Origin: Octopus bimaculoides
Taxonomy: Eukaryota
Direction: 5' to 3'
NCBI RefSeq assembly: GCF_001194135.2
Contig: NC_068983.1
Span: forward strand, 80,057,392 to 80,121,391
Length of the DNA: 64,000 nucleotides
Shown: positions 26,141 to 39,141 of the stretch, in pieces
Layout: every line of letters starts with the position of its first letter
How positions within the stretch are numbered: the stretch's first letter is position 1
Translations under genes and position numbers: made by a program
The notes under the pieces: model-generated
Database searches by the model: none
What the model saw: the letters and a program-made list of their open reading frames with translations, nothing else
Told to the model about the DNA's origin: nothing

Positions 26141-27334
26141 ATGAGTACTCACAAACTCCATTTGTTTAGATCAGGTGTTTTGCAGCTGGATGTCCTCTGC
26201 ATCAACCACTTCACAGTGAATTAAGAACAGGGTGTATTTATAGGGACACTAGCAATGAAGAATATAGGTTACTGTAGACAGTAGGATGATGAAGATTTGT
26301 ATTCCTCATCATCTTGAAAGTTTCAGTATGAAGTTTCTCAGATTACATAAATATAAGCAATTTGTTTGTCCTCAATTTCTGCTTTTTATTGTTTTAGTTA
26401 TTATCTAGAGCTAAATCATCTAAACTTTTACATAAATAGTATCTTATTTTGAAGCTAATTTACTTTTTTATGCTCCTGATTAGAAATAAAGAAAAAGAAT
26501 CTGACACATTGTGTGTTTATTTGTAGTTTTCAAAAATGCTAACGAAGAACTTATCAGATTAATAAATAGAATTTCTGTGCAGTATACTGATATTTTTAAA
26601 GCATTCAGTAAATTAGCATAAATAATGGCCTATATAGGTTATGAAATGCAATATGATCAAAACTATTTTACATCTTCAAAGTTAAAAAAATATATATTGT
26701 ATAGAATATTAAATTGTAAGCTGCAAACCTAGATATCTTCTAAAATATTTCAATACTACTATTAACCATATCTTTTGTTGCTTTTTCATTTTCTCATCTG
26801 TTAAATCTTCAAAATCATTTTTTGTCATTTGCTTTGTTTGATGTTGAAAGAACTAACTAGTATCTTCTGTGATTAGAAGTTTTTTTCTTCATATACAGAA
26901 AAAGACTATTACTGTTTAGCAGTGGAACTAAATGCTAATGAAATTTTAACATGATCAACAACTATCATTGTCTTAACCTTACCAGATTAAATATGTCAGT
27001 TTGTAAGCCTAATGTCTTGTGGTAAAAGATCAGTGGTTTGTCTCATTCACTTGAAGAATATTTTGCCCCTTACACTTTTTCCATTCAGATGATTTGGTAA
27101 ATTCCACTTTCAAATTTCTCTTTGATGTAAACATATTTTTTCAATCCAATTGTAAATCAGCTCAAACAATTTAGCATTGCTCATTTTATTTCTATCATCA
27201 AGAGTTAATTATCTAAATAAATACTGTGTTTCATGAAGTGAGGGTAACAAGCTGTTTTGCTAATGCAGTTATGTTGTAAACAGAAGCTCTGGAAGGTGAT
27301 ATAAATATTAGAAATTTAACTTATTTTTATGTCA

Positions 27335-27575
27335 ATGGAGTAGACTATATTCTTTTGGAGATAGCAAATCTTTAGTGCACCAAAGTTCTCTTTTGAAAAA
27401 CTTGTACAATGAATCCTTGATACCGATATTATGATTTTTTACATATTTGTTTATTACGATCAAGCTCTATGGCATACAACTGAAGCTCACATTTATGTTG
27501 TGTCTGTCGAACAACTAGCAAAGTTTTCTTGCTTTTTCAAGTGTTTATCACATACATCAAGGATGATGATTTAAT
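27335..27575 (-). mobile_element. Penelope-like retroelement remnant
   Basis: EKARKLC*LFDRHNINVSFSCMP*SLIVINKYVKNHN resembles the FNRxxVKVSYSCMPN...NSHN motif preceding the GIY-YIG domain (from memory). Confidence 0.45.
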
Positions 27576-28816
27576 TCCATATAAGATAATTTGCATAAAA
27601 ACTGAGTATAAACTAACTTTTCCAGCTTGCACACATAAATATACAATTGAATGAATAATTTTGAGTATTTGTTAAAATTTAAGATAGATAATTGTAAGTA
27701 AATAGATATATAAACTTATTAAACAACAGTGACATATGGTTAAGGACATATTTTAATATATAATACTTAATATACTAAGCAAAAACCCAATGTAGTAGTT
27801 ATTGCTTAGTGTTTTTTTCAACAATAAAGTAATGAAATACAGATGATTAATGATAAAAAATACACAATTTGAATTGTAACAGATAGTGATACTTTGAATG
27901 TGTGGTTTTGTTGGGATTCAGTTGATGTGTACAGTTATTGTCAGGAGTTTGCTTGTGATAAAATGTTTTCAAGGCTACATACAGCGCCTCAAGTAGTGAA
28001 GATCAGGACTACATTAGGCTGAGTGTTTTCATGATCAAAAAATGAAGTAATAAAATGATAAACTTATGAAAACAATATATAAAATTGGTTTAAGTATAAA
28101 GTAAATGGAAAAGCTATGATTTAGATATAAGTTCAACAAATAACTGGTTTTATATAATACTTTGGCAATAACATTATGCCACATAAGACAATACCTTGAT
28201 AACCTAGGATATGTGCTGATCTTCTACAATAAACTATTTTAGTTACATCTACATAGTTTAAGATTTTCACTACTTCTCTTGGTTAACATGTATTCAATAG
28301 TTATATCTTGCTCTTGGATTGCAGTATAAGCCTTAACCATTAACATAATGCAATGATGGTATGTTAACTCTTTTGATAACAACCTACATAAAACTGCCCC
28401 TTGTTCTATATTAGCAATTACTTGTTTAAAGGTGATCTAAATTAAAATCTTTAATAAAATTTTATGTTAATTTATTTTCTAAACAGCAGCTAATAATGAC
28501 AAATGCTTCATAATTAACAAATGCTTCAATATGCTCAAAATTAATTGAACCAAACAGTGTATTTCAACGAGAATAGAGTAGCAATGTTGGACTTGTTATT
28601 AAGGTTCCAAGAAATACATTGATGCATAACATTTTGGTATTCACAATGTCAAGACACACCTATCTTGCACTTCCAGGAATCTCATGGTATTGAATGCTTC
28701 TTGGAGTTGTTACTTATCTTAAATTTGGAGATTTCACTGATCTATTTGCATTTGTTACTATCTTGAGAGATATCCAAAAACACTTAAGTCTGTTTAGATT
28801 CAATCTGTGCCTAATT

Positions 28817-28891
28817 TGGGTGTTTCCTATGGTATTGTACATATGTTTAGATTACTTCATATTTCTACTTTCAGTCATTGAACTGCTATCT
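28817..28891 (+). repeat. 75 bp direct repeat, copy 1
   Basis: 3 mismatches against 29650-29724. Confidence 0.9.
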
Positions 28892-29332
28892 TACTGGGTA
28901 CAGCCTTCAGATGCTTTTAGTCAAACATGGTCGTCTCAATACTAAATCCAGTGGGACTTATTCTGTCTGTCTATATTTTTGATCAATTGGTTAAGTTTCC
29001 ATTTTAATACAATGCTACTGTTTTCTGTTAATCAGCAGTTTTGTGTTTAAACATAAACACACTCAAGTATGCAAGCACACATGTGCATACAAGAACACAG
29101 ACACTCACACACACAACTCCTGGCTATCATCTCTTCCTTATGTCTAACAGGTAGATGATAGATGATCCTGGCAATTTACCCAATACAGTAATATCATTAG
29201 CTTTAAGCTATTCATTGAATTTTGCGGAATGACAGTATACTTTTGGGATTATTTTGAAATTATAAATGATTACATGAGTAGGAAACATCTGAAGAACATG
29301 CAGCTTAGTTTTTTTTTAGTTCATGGTTGTAC

Positions 29333-29518
29333 CTTAATGTACAACCTTTGAAATAAATACCAGCTCTTCTCTTCACAAAAGAAGTTCTTCCACGTTATAT
29401 AAAGGATGGATATTGCTAGTGTATACTTGAGATCGTACTTTGAGTTTGGATGATGAACAGAAAGGGCATTAGTTGCAAATTGCTTAATGGGTGTTTTGTC
29501 AATGAACATGACTTTAAA
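29333..29518 (-). CDS. Candidate exon, 186 nt, phase 0 to 0: FKVMFIDKTPIKQFATNALSVHHPNSKYDLKYTLAISILYITWKNFFCEEKSWYLFQRLYIK
   Basis: 62 open codons bounded by AG and GT, but both splice contexts are weak. Confidence 0.35.
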
Positions 29519-29649
29519 CTAGTACTGCTTATTCAGTTGGTGATGAACCTGAACGTTTTTCAGTGATAGCCTTGCCTTTTGTCATATAGCTTGACTGAAG
29601 ACATTTTGTAATGTTATCTTATTGTGTTAGTGCTGCATTTTAACATTGC

Positions 29650-29724
29650 TGGGTGTTTCCTATGGTATTGTACATATGTTTAGATTACTTTATTTTTCTG
29701 CTTTCAGTCATTGAACTGCTATCT
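29650..29724 (+). repeat. 75 bp direct repeat, copy 2
   Basis: 3 mismatches against 28817-28891. Confidence 0.9.
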
Positions 29725-30024
29725 CGCTGCTATCTTAACATACTTGTGCAGTACTATTATATGTAAATAAGGATGCAACACGAAGATAAATCATGCAGTT
29801 AGTTTGAAGAGTTGTAACTCAAGGTCTGCTTCTTCTGCCAAAAGATTTGTATCTTCCTGATAAAATTCAAATAAGGCATTTTAGATATCTTTCCTTTAAC
29901 AGATACGTTTCACTGCATTGATATCTCAAGAGTAATTTGAGCTCTTTTATTTTCAATAGTACTTCCATAAATCTATAAAATATTGTTATAACTTACAATG
30001 TCCGAAATGTAAGGGAAGGGATGT

Positions 30025-30170
30025 GACCTCGAAGTTAAGGTGTTCGACTCACAGCCATAATGTCATGAGTCTAATTCCTGAGCCAGGCAGCACATTGTGC
30101 CCTTGGGCATGGCACTTCACTTCATGTCACTTCAGTCTACAGAGCTGAAAATAGATACCAACTTAGTGCT
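30025..30170 (+). mobile_element. Truncated head-C SINE
   Basis: GTGCCCTTGGGCATGGCACTTCACTTCA core-like motif. Confidence 0.6.
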
Positions 30171-30930
30171 GGTGCAGCACTCTCTCACAACATTCTCAGT
30201 GTTCCACTGGTCAAGGATGGGAGGGTCATTGATGAGTGGGTCAAGAGAATGTATATGACTACTCACAATTATATAGACACCTAAAACAATTTGTAAATGT
30301 ATGCTACATGTTTGCTATACCAGGACTCATGCACAGAAGAAGCGTCAAAACTTGTGCTCTGGGACCCACAACATGATACCAGAAAGTATGGGAGACATCA
30401 TATGACATTTATCAATAACCTGAGAGAGAACACAGAATTGGATTCTATGCACAAACTTATGGTGACAATGATACATTGAGATGCTTAGTGAAATGGCCTT
30501 TTCTTTGAAGACTAGTTGGGAGCTTGGCCAAAGTAAAGTAAAAGTAGGATACAAGTTTAACAGGTTATACTTACTTATAAGTGACAGCTAAGCCAAGCAT
30601 CATAAATGTCAAACAGAAGATGAAATTATGAAATATGAATTTATGATTTTATCATTCATATTATTGAAATATGTGATATAAATTAATTAATATTATCACT
30701 TGCAAATAACAATTAATTAGTTTTTATTTTTTATACCAAAATATATTTATAAAAATACTAAATTTCATCTAAGAATTTGTGCTTTTTACCAGGACAGAAT
30801 ACATGCATATATATATGTATATATATAAATGACTGAAACAAATAAAAGAATATATGTATCTATATATATAATCTCATATACATGAATGTATATATTTTGT
30901 TGTATGTGTCAAAATGTGCACATACATATA

Positions 30931-30961
<31 letters not shown>

Positions 30962-31349
30962 CGATTTCATTGTGTCAAAAGAAAATTGAAACTGACAAAA
31001 CATCATTTCTAGATAGCAAATGAAATTCAAAGAGAATTGCCTAGGTTCTCTTAGATTCTTGGATGAACTTTTGCAACAGATCTTCCATAGTGCTTTTCAG
31101 CCATAGATGACATACTTCTAATGTCAATAAACCCAAACTTATTATACAAGACTATCCTGATAGTATAATTTTGAATATTATTGACATATCAACAGAAACC
31201 AATGTTCTGCAATATTAGTAATATCTTAGAGCCATGATGGAATTTATTATCCAGAAGCAAGATCAGTAAGGTAAACAACTGAAATTTAAATCTAGTTCAT
31301 TCTGACTCTACTACAGTTATTAAGCTTCATGATGAGATTAGTAACTCAC

Positions 31350-31388
31350 CTGTTGTTGACTCAGTCTCCCCTCAGTCACCTCAGTTTT
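31350..31388 (-). CDS. Candidate exon, 39 nt, phase 0 to 0: KTEVTEGRLSQQQ
   Basis: CAG|GTGAGT donor and tccctacttatAG acceptor; only one frame open. Confidence 0.45.
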
Positions 31389-31564
31389 CTATAAGTAGGG
31401 ACTAAAGACCAGTAGAGCATTATAGCTCTACTAACTGATAATTACATGTTATCTTTCCATCAAGCTGATCTGTCATCTTCCATTGGTAAATGAAATTAAC
31501 AATTAATGGTATTAACTGTTTATTTTTTTACATACAATAATGTTTAAAAAAAATTTTAATACAT

Positions 31565-31900
31565 ACTTGTGCCCGTGGCATGTGTAATGGACTTTTGAGC
31601 GAGATTGTTGCCAGTGCCCCTGGACTGGCTCTTGTGCGGGTGGCATATAAAATACACCATTTCGAGCGTGGCCGTTGCCAGTACCGCCTGACTGGTCTCG
31701 TGCGGGTGGCACGTAAAAGCACCCACTACACTCTCAGAGTGGTTGGCGTTAGGAAGGGCATCCAGCTGTAGAAACTCTGCCAAATCAGATTGGAGCCTGG
31801 TGTAGCCATCCGGTTTCACCAATCCTCAGTCAAATCGTCCAACCCATGCTAGCATGGAAAGCGGACGTTAAACGATGATGATGATGATGATGATGATGAT
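31565..31900 (+). mobile_element. RTE LINE 3' end with ~65 bp UTR units and (GAT)n tail
   Basis: CpG-rich, young-looking; near-identical to 18186-18425. Confidence 0.85.
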
Positions 31901-34667
31901 TTGTTTGTTCTATTTAGTTGTAAGATGTTTACAATATTTTCTGTAATTATATTCAATTATATTACTGCTTGTCGTGTTCAAGTACTTGTGTATATATTTC
32001 CAGTTTTGCACTAAGTAAACAATGTTAGCCCATACCATGAGTTCAATCAGACAATGAGTTAAACCAGACACCTTTTTCCTTTTTTAACAGGGTCTTATTC
32101 TGTGTGTGTGTGGGAATTTCATTAGAACTGTGTCAGTGATTAGGATGCAGTGGTGCAAGGAAAATGCATCTTGAGAGATGTAAAGTGAATTTAAGTCTTT
32201 GTATGTATCTTGATAGCTAAACTGGTTCTTTCACAATATAATTGACTATGCACACACACTCACACATATACACACACGCACACATATACACACACACACA
32301 CACAACACACATATAGTATTTTAAAATTTGATTATCAAAAGTCATAATTTGGTATAGCTATATTAAATTGAAAAAAATTTAGTTTCGTTTGAGTAAAGCT
32401 TGCAAATTGACATATCTCTTTTAATCACTATCTGCCCTTTTATTGATCCTTAGCCACAGCTGGTGTGTTTAATTTGTTGTATGTGATCCGGTTCCCATTT
32501 CTCATTTACGCTGATGTGATGTGATAAATTTGTTCCTAATGACTCTGGAGGAATGAAAAGCAATTGTAATAATCTTCAAATTCATCTGACTAATAGGCTA
32601 TTACTTGCTTGTGATTAAGCTATTAACTCTTAATTTCATATGACATGATATTTTGTTGGTGTTCACTTTATTTTTATATTAATGTTATGTTCTATATCAA
32701 TTTTTTGTTAATTCTGTTCTACTCAGAAAATGCAGATCTTCTAGCCTGTGGCAGTTTTATAAAGTATAGTTTAAAAAATGATTTATTTGGCTTAAGGTTT
32801 TAAATATTACTTCAATTTAGCTGAAAGACATGCAGAAATTATTCATTTTCTGTAGTCAGTCTACATCTGATACCAACTTTTATTTCCTTTATGACAATAA
32901 TATCAAGTGCATGGTTCTTTTTCCTTGTTTCTCAAGATTAAACTGTCTTAATCAGAATTACTAATAGCAAGACAGTTAACTTTTACCAACTGTCATCATG
33001 TACTATATAATTCTTTGAGATAATTTACTTTGAATTTCTGTTGAACATATCGTTTGGCTTAATTCGAATTTCAAGGAAGTATTTATTCACATGGACTGAG
33101 TCGAAAGTTGTTATTTGTATCTAGCTTTATAGAGCTAAGAAATAATTGATTGGCAGTGTTGCTTATTCAACATTTGCCAATCAATAATTTCCATTACCAA
33201 TAACCATGTTGTAGCTAATTATCATTCTAGAACTACACAAGGGGAGCAATGGGAGTGTAATGGACATTTAAATTAAGTTTCAAACCTGTTGGGTCATAAG
33301 GTAACCTTTTAAAGATTTTTGCCTTTATGTAAAACTAGGCTATGTCAAGTAAATGTAACCTCCTTGAATTAATTTCTCTTCAAGCTACACTCATGTCATG
33401 AGAAGAGATGAACTTAGCTCTACAACCTAACCAAATACTCATCAGTTAGTTATCAAGTACACTGTTCCTTATGCTGTCAAACATGGTATTTATTGATGTG
33501 CAGTGAGCCATTGATAGTTCAGCATCATAGCTATAGGCACAGTGCAGTATCAGTGACAAAATACAAATCATTGACTCCTTGAGACCATAGGCTAACATCC
33601 TCTCAATTTATGTGTTGCCACAATTCAGAAAATTAGCTTTAAAAAGAAGCTTAAAATATTCTTAATACATACATACTACTGTATATACATGCAAAGGAAA
33701 GCTACAACTTCATTAATGCTAAAAGTGATACCATACTGTGTTTTTTATCAAACTAACTCAAGGGAATATTATGCTATAACAATAAAAAAACAATTATATT
33801 TTGTTTGTTGTTTTTACTGCTACTGAAAAATATTTCTTTTAGATTATAAGCATTATGGCATCAATATTAGCCAAAAAAAAATCAAATAAATAAATGTAAG
33901 TCATTGAGAAAGTCTCTGTACAGTCACTCTACCTGCTGGAGTTAGCAGGCAAATTTCCCTCAAATTTCCTATTGTATTGAAGAGTTAATAAGGTCAGGAT
34001 TTGAATGTGTTAATCATGATTGACTTAATGTTACAAACAGTTAAATGAGATTGAAATAAACAACTATTAATTGCTTTTTTATTTTTATTTATTTTCACAA
34101 ATAAAGAAAATATGAATATTTAAATCATAACTTATAATTTATAATATGTTTGTGAATCCCCTATTTTTACCAATCAAACAATTTAATTTACTATGTCATA
34201 TCTACAGTTTATTGATTTTATTTCTGATGTAAATGCTTAAAGCTGAATATAGATGTAATTCAGTGAATAATATTTGTATTAATTTTGTATTTTACTTAAT
34301 TTTCAAGTTATTTTATTTCATTTTATAGTAACTCTCTAAATAATATTTCCAATGCATTGACTCCACTGTCAAGTTTTAGAAACACTACTTACTGCCTGTA
34401 GATTTACAGCTTTACCTTTACGAGGATTAAAAGTGACTTAAATCTATTGTAATTTTTGTTGCCCTTATTAATCTTTTTACAATGAATTGCCAGACTTTTA
34501 GATTTTTATATCCCTCTTTTCATCACACCTTAGTCATTACAATGAATGTTATTTTATTCCTGTCAGTAATCTCTTAATTCTTTTTATCCATCTGTCAAAT
34601 TTTAAATGTTTCTTCATTTCCTTTCTTTTTTCTATTACCCTATATATTTTAGCCTTGCTCTAGTTTC

Positions 34668-34668
<1 letters not shown>

Positions 34669-34718
<50 letters not shown>

Positions 34719-35620
34719 TAATGAGCTTATTGCAGTCAGTGCTCGGGTGCACTACATCTCATGAGGAAACAGGTAAAAGAAGTGACAGAAAGTGGCAATG
34801 AATAAATAAAGACATCAATGATAGCCAAAAGTGTATGTATAGAACAAAGGCTAAAGCAAAAAAATAGAAGTAAAAAAAAAAAAGAGAGAGAAAGAGAAAC
34901 ATGAACAGTTAAAGAGCCATATAGTTCATAGGCACATCAGGAGTAGTGTTAACAAACTTCAAGAAGAATGGTATTTATTAAGGATGCAGTGTCTTGATGC
35001 TAATAACCAACACAGGTAGTTTATTCAATAATTCTGAACATAAAAAAGTGTTTTTGAAACACGTGGCTATGACATTGTTTTTTGTTTTTTTAGTTCTACT
35101 GGTGGTAGAGATAGATATTGAATTAACAAAGGTGGCCAAAGTTGTTGGAAAGATGGTGGATATTTTTTGGCTTTTACCAAGTCAGCTGCTAGATATTAAA
35201 GCTTTAGTGTGCTGGTACCCAGAGAACTAAGATATTTAAGATATAGTGACAGATGAAGGGTATTTGTCTGGTTGTATGCCTTTGGGTAACTTCTGGTTAA
35301 CTGATATTCTGGACAAGATGTAAGGTCCAGGACAAATATGCAAGCTGTATCGCTGTACCATAGCCATGTGTGGTTTTAAATAGCCAATGAGCAGCTGGCA
35401 AAGATCTTACTGAGTAATGCTAAAATACCTTCAAACTTTTGGACTATGTTAGAAATGCTGTTCATCCAATGTAGATCATTATTGACAGTAATTCCTATGT
35501 CATGTTCTCATCAGCAGGTTTCTTTATGCTGCAGTAGATGCTAAATTCCAGGTTTTTCCTCCCAAAATGTATAGTGGTGCACTTAGCTACAGCCATTGTT
35601 GTTTTGTGTCCAGGTGATAT
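34669..35620 (-). mobile_element. CR1/L2-like LINE 3' remnant ending in an (ATT)n tail
   Basis: Minus strand DIGITVNNDLHWMNSISNIVQK resembles the CR1/L2 RT thumb region; (AAT)n at 34669-34716 lies at its 3' end. Confidence 0.55.
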
Positions 35621-36790
35621 TGCCAGAATATTTATAGCGTATAAGGTCTATTCTTTTTATCTTGAAGTACAGCTTATTGTTGTCTGTAAAAATGATTCAA
35701 CTTGGAATTTATTTCATAAATATATACAACAAACAACACAAGACCAAAAACAAATTTCTGCTGGACTCCAGATTTTACATAGTGCGGCAAATGTCCTATT
35801 CAAGCCATCATCCTATTGCTCCCTGACACAGTCACTAATTGCTTCACTTTTTTTTTTTACAAATGCAATTGAGTTAGAAAACATGTTTATGGCAATCATT
35901 TAATTTCAGTTATTTTAAAATATTAAAACAATAGTATTAAGAAGACTCCTGAAATATGTTTTATAGTGTTCAACAATAGTTAACAATGTTTTATAATGTT
36001 CAATGTAATGTTATACATCATTTAACAATGTCTAAAACTGCGTTACAAGCAAATGAAAAAGCTTCTGTGTAGTCACTCGACATGTAAGAAATAGCAGAAT
36101 ACTCACAAATCACACTCTACAGACTTAAACAAAAATAGCATCATAAAGTAAGTTGGAATACCTTACAGCATAATTCTGATCTTTCAAGATTTACCTTGAC
36201 TTAAACAACAACAACATTACTATTGCATTACCATTTCTATTTTATTGTGGAAAGTTTGTGGATTCTACCTTAAATGTTTACAGAGTAAATAAGATAATCT
36301 TCTTAGTTCATTTCAAGTTCATCAAACTCCACTATATGGGAGCTTCGTTTGGTGGAAATCTATAAAATACAAGCAGACCTCTAGTTTAGACTGTACTAGG
36401 ATTACAAATATTCTGTATTTTAAGTGTGGACTCTGGAGAGACACAACAACGTTGAGCAAAGATAGTGTATGTGTGCCTGTGTGCGTGCATACATGTGAAT
36501 GTTTGTGAGTGTGTGCACATGTATTTGCGGATAAATATTAACAATCTGCAGTAAATTACAAGCAGTGGCATAACCAACTGTGGCTGGGTTGAAACAGGTG
36601 AAGTTTGTTGATGTTTCCTATCAACAAGTTATCTGCTGGTTCTGTATTTTCAAATTCCTCTGGAATTAAAATTCCCGTACTTAAAAGGCAGGTAAGAGCT
36701 AGAGACTATCAAGCTATAAGAATCCTACCTCAAGCACGATCTCATCTAATCATTGATAGCATTGAAAGTACAAATGAATATATATATATA

Positions 36791-37973
36791 TCAGGGTCAG
36801 CTGAAAAGTTCATAGGCTGACCAAGATACTCTCATGAGGTTTATTTATCAACAGAGCCCCCCACCCCCCACCCCTTGCAATCCACACACTTTTTCCATCA
36901 GTGTTGTAGTGCTTGAATAACAGGATGAAGAAGCTTTCATCCTGTTGGTAAAAAAAAAAAAAAAATCATCAACAGCAGATAATGACATCATCATCACTGC
37001 GATACTAGTTCTCAGTCAAGAGATTTTCATGTTGGGGAACAGATGATAGCCAGATAGGACCAAATTAGGAAAATAGGTCAGGTAATCAACAAAAACCGCA
37101 GTCACATACAGAAGCCATTGAAACCTAGGATGTGCGTGCTAGAGCACTTGCCTAATGAAACAAGACCCCTTTCATTACTTTTTCTGAGCATTTGGTCTTG
37201 ATAGCCTTTCATTAGTACCTCTACACCATTGATGGTGTGGCCCTTTTGAAAATAGTCAATAAATATAATGTCTTTTGAATTCCCCAAAACTAAGTCCATC
37301 ACCTTTACTGTATTGACCTTGACCTTCTCTGGAGCAGGTGAAGCAGAGTGATTCCTCTGCATGGATTATCTCTTTGTCTCTGGTTCAGATTAAAGAATGC
37401 AGCATTTATCTTGGCTTAGGAAACATTCATGGAAACCAGCTGGATCTGCTGGAAACAATGTCAGATTTTCCTATAATGTAACCAACCTGATGTGCTTTTG
37501 ATCAGGTGTCAGAAGACATGGAACCTACCAAACAGAAACGTTCATCATGCCAAGTCACCTGTCAGCCATCAGCATGTAGTGAACATGATCATTGTTTTCC
37601 TTGGTGGTGGCAGTTGCCGGACCTCCAGACCTTGGGTCATCTTCAAGACTCTCCTTTCCCCTCCTAAATTCAGCTACCCATGTCTGCATAGTTGATAAAG
37701 CTGGAGCATCATCCCCTAAGATAGAAACTATGTCAGCATGAATGCCATTTCCTGTAGGTATTTGATAACACTGCAATGCCCAATTTTGTTCATTTTCAAG
37801 AGAATTCACTACTACTTAGTTTTGAAGTCTACTTTGAACAGTCAGATGTGAGGTTACCTGGAAAGAAAGAATGCAGCTATTAATTAAAATAGTTGAAATA
37901 ACTTCATGCAAGATTTTGCAGCTCTAGCACTACTCCTTCAAAATCGGCCTACAAACTTTTCAACCCACCCTGG
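36791..37973 (-). mobile_element. Mariner transposon (irritans-like), near full length, degenerate
   Basis: ~30 bp TIRs CAGGGT..G.TGAAAAGTT..TAGGC.GA, TA flanks, transposase relic inside. Confidence 0.93.
36843..37793 (-). pseudogene. Mariner transposase pseudogene
   Basis: MNKIGHCSVIKYLQ...WVAEFRRGKESLEDDPRSGGP, W*VPCLL (WVPRLL), IIFIDYFQKGHTING, YFPNLVP/SGYHLFPNMK; stops, frameshifts and deletions. Confidence 0.92.
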
Positions 37974-38654
37974 TATATAAATGATTGTGTGAATTGTATA
38001 TACTACTTATTGCTTTTCCATGTACTAAAATATAGCATTCTCTGTTATTCTTCAAAATGAAACCTACTGCCTTTGAAAGAAAGAATAGAACATGAAGTTA
38101 TGTAGACATATAGTCATGCATCTGAATCAAGTACATGGGGAGAGAAACATTTGAAAAACTTTTGATTCCTGTCTGCTTGATTAGAAATGAGCCACACCAA
38201 ACTAATAACAAAATGCACTACTCCATTTTTGTTGTTTTCATTTGGAGACTACAGAAAATATAATGAAAAGCCATACATATTCCTTAACTTTTAAATTGAA
38301 GTAGTGGTTTCATTAATTGTTTTCACTCTATTAACCTAATTGTCATAATGATTTAGCCACTTGTCTGCTGCATCATTTCCTAGAAATGTTATACAATTTT
38401 AAGCAAAGGAACCAAGTCAACATTTCTTGAAAGTGAATCTAATTTGAAATGGTTTAAGTTTTACTGCATACATCATCACACTTTGCTATTTCTTTACACA
38501 CTTACCTGATATAATTCTAATTATTTGGCATTGGAGTTTCTGTTTTTCTCTAACTATTATTCTTAAACTGCCTTCTCTTTTAAAGACTTCTTCATCTTAT
38601 TCCTCTATTTCTTTATGTGTGTATGCATGCACACATATTCTTTTATGCTCTGGT

Positions 38655-39025
38655 ATGTTTCAGTTATTGGACCATGCTCATGCTAGGGTACTCTTTTTAA
38701 TGGTCTGGTCAATCAAATCAGCCCCGGTAACTTTTTAAAGTCTGGCATTTACTGTATTGGCCTCGTTTTGTTGAACTGCTTAGTTGTGGGAGATGTAAAT
38801 GAAGCAATACTGGTTAAGTGATAAGAGACAATCGTAAAGATGCACTCAGACATACATGTGGGTGTGTGTGAAGGGCTTCTGCATAGTTTCTTCCAAATTC
38901 ACTCAAAAGGCATTGGTCATCCCAAAGCTATAGCTGAAGACATCCAAAATGCCACACAGTAGAACTGAACCCCAAACCATTATATTGCATAGTGAATTAC
39001 TTAACTACACAGCTATGCCTGTGCC

Positions 39026-39027
<2 letters not shown>
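38655..39027 (-). mobile_element. Degenerate SINE (head A, tail 1)
   Basis: Reverse similarity to the other A1 copies. Confidence 0.7.
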
Positions 39028-39030
<3 letters not shown>

Positions 39031-39094
<64 letters not shown>

Positions 39095-39141
39095 CATACA
39101 TACATACATACATACATACATCCACCTATCCATCCATCCAT
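39031..39141. repeat. Compound microsatellite (TA)n-(GATA)n-(CATA)n-(CCAT)n
   Basis: Direct reading. Confidence 0.95.

Noticed and set aside
36855-36875. C-runs suggesting a G-quadruplex on the minus strand
   Set aside because: It is only a homopolymer expansion inside a dead mariner ORF.
38503-38600. Strong CAG|GTAAGT donor with a 30-codon open frame
   Set aside because: The acceptor is purine-rich with no pyrimidine tract; it looks like the antisense of an old C/T-rich repeat.
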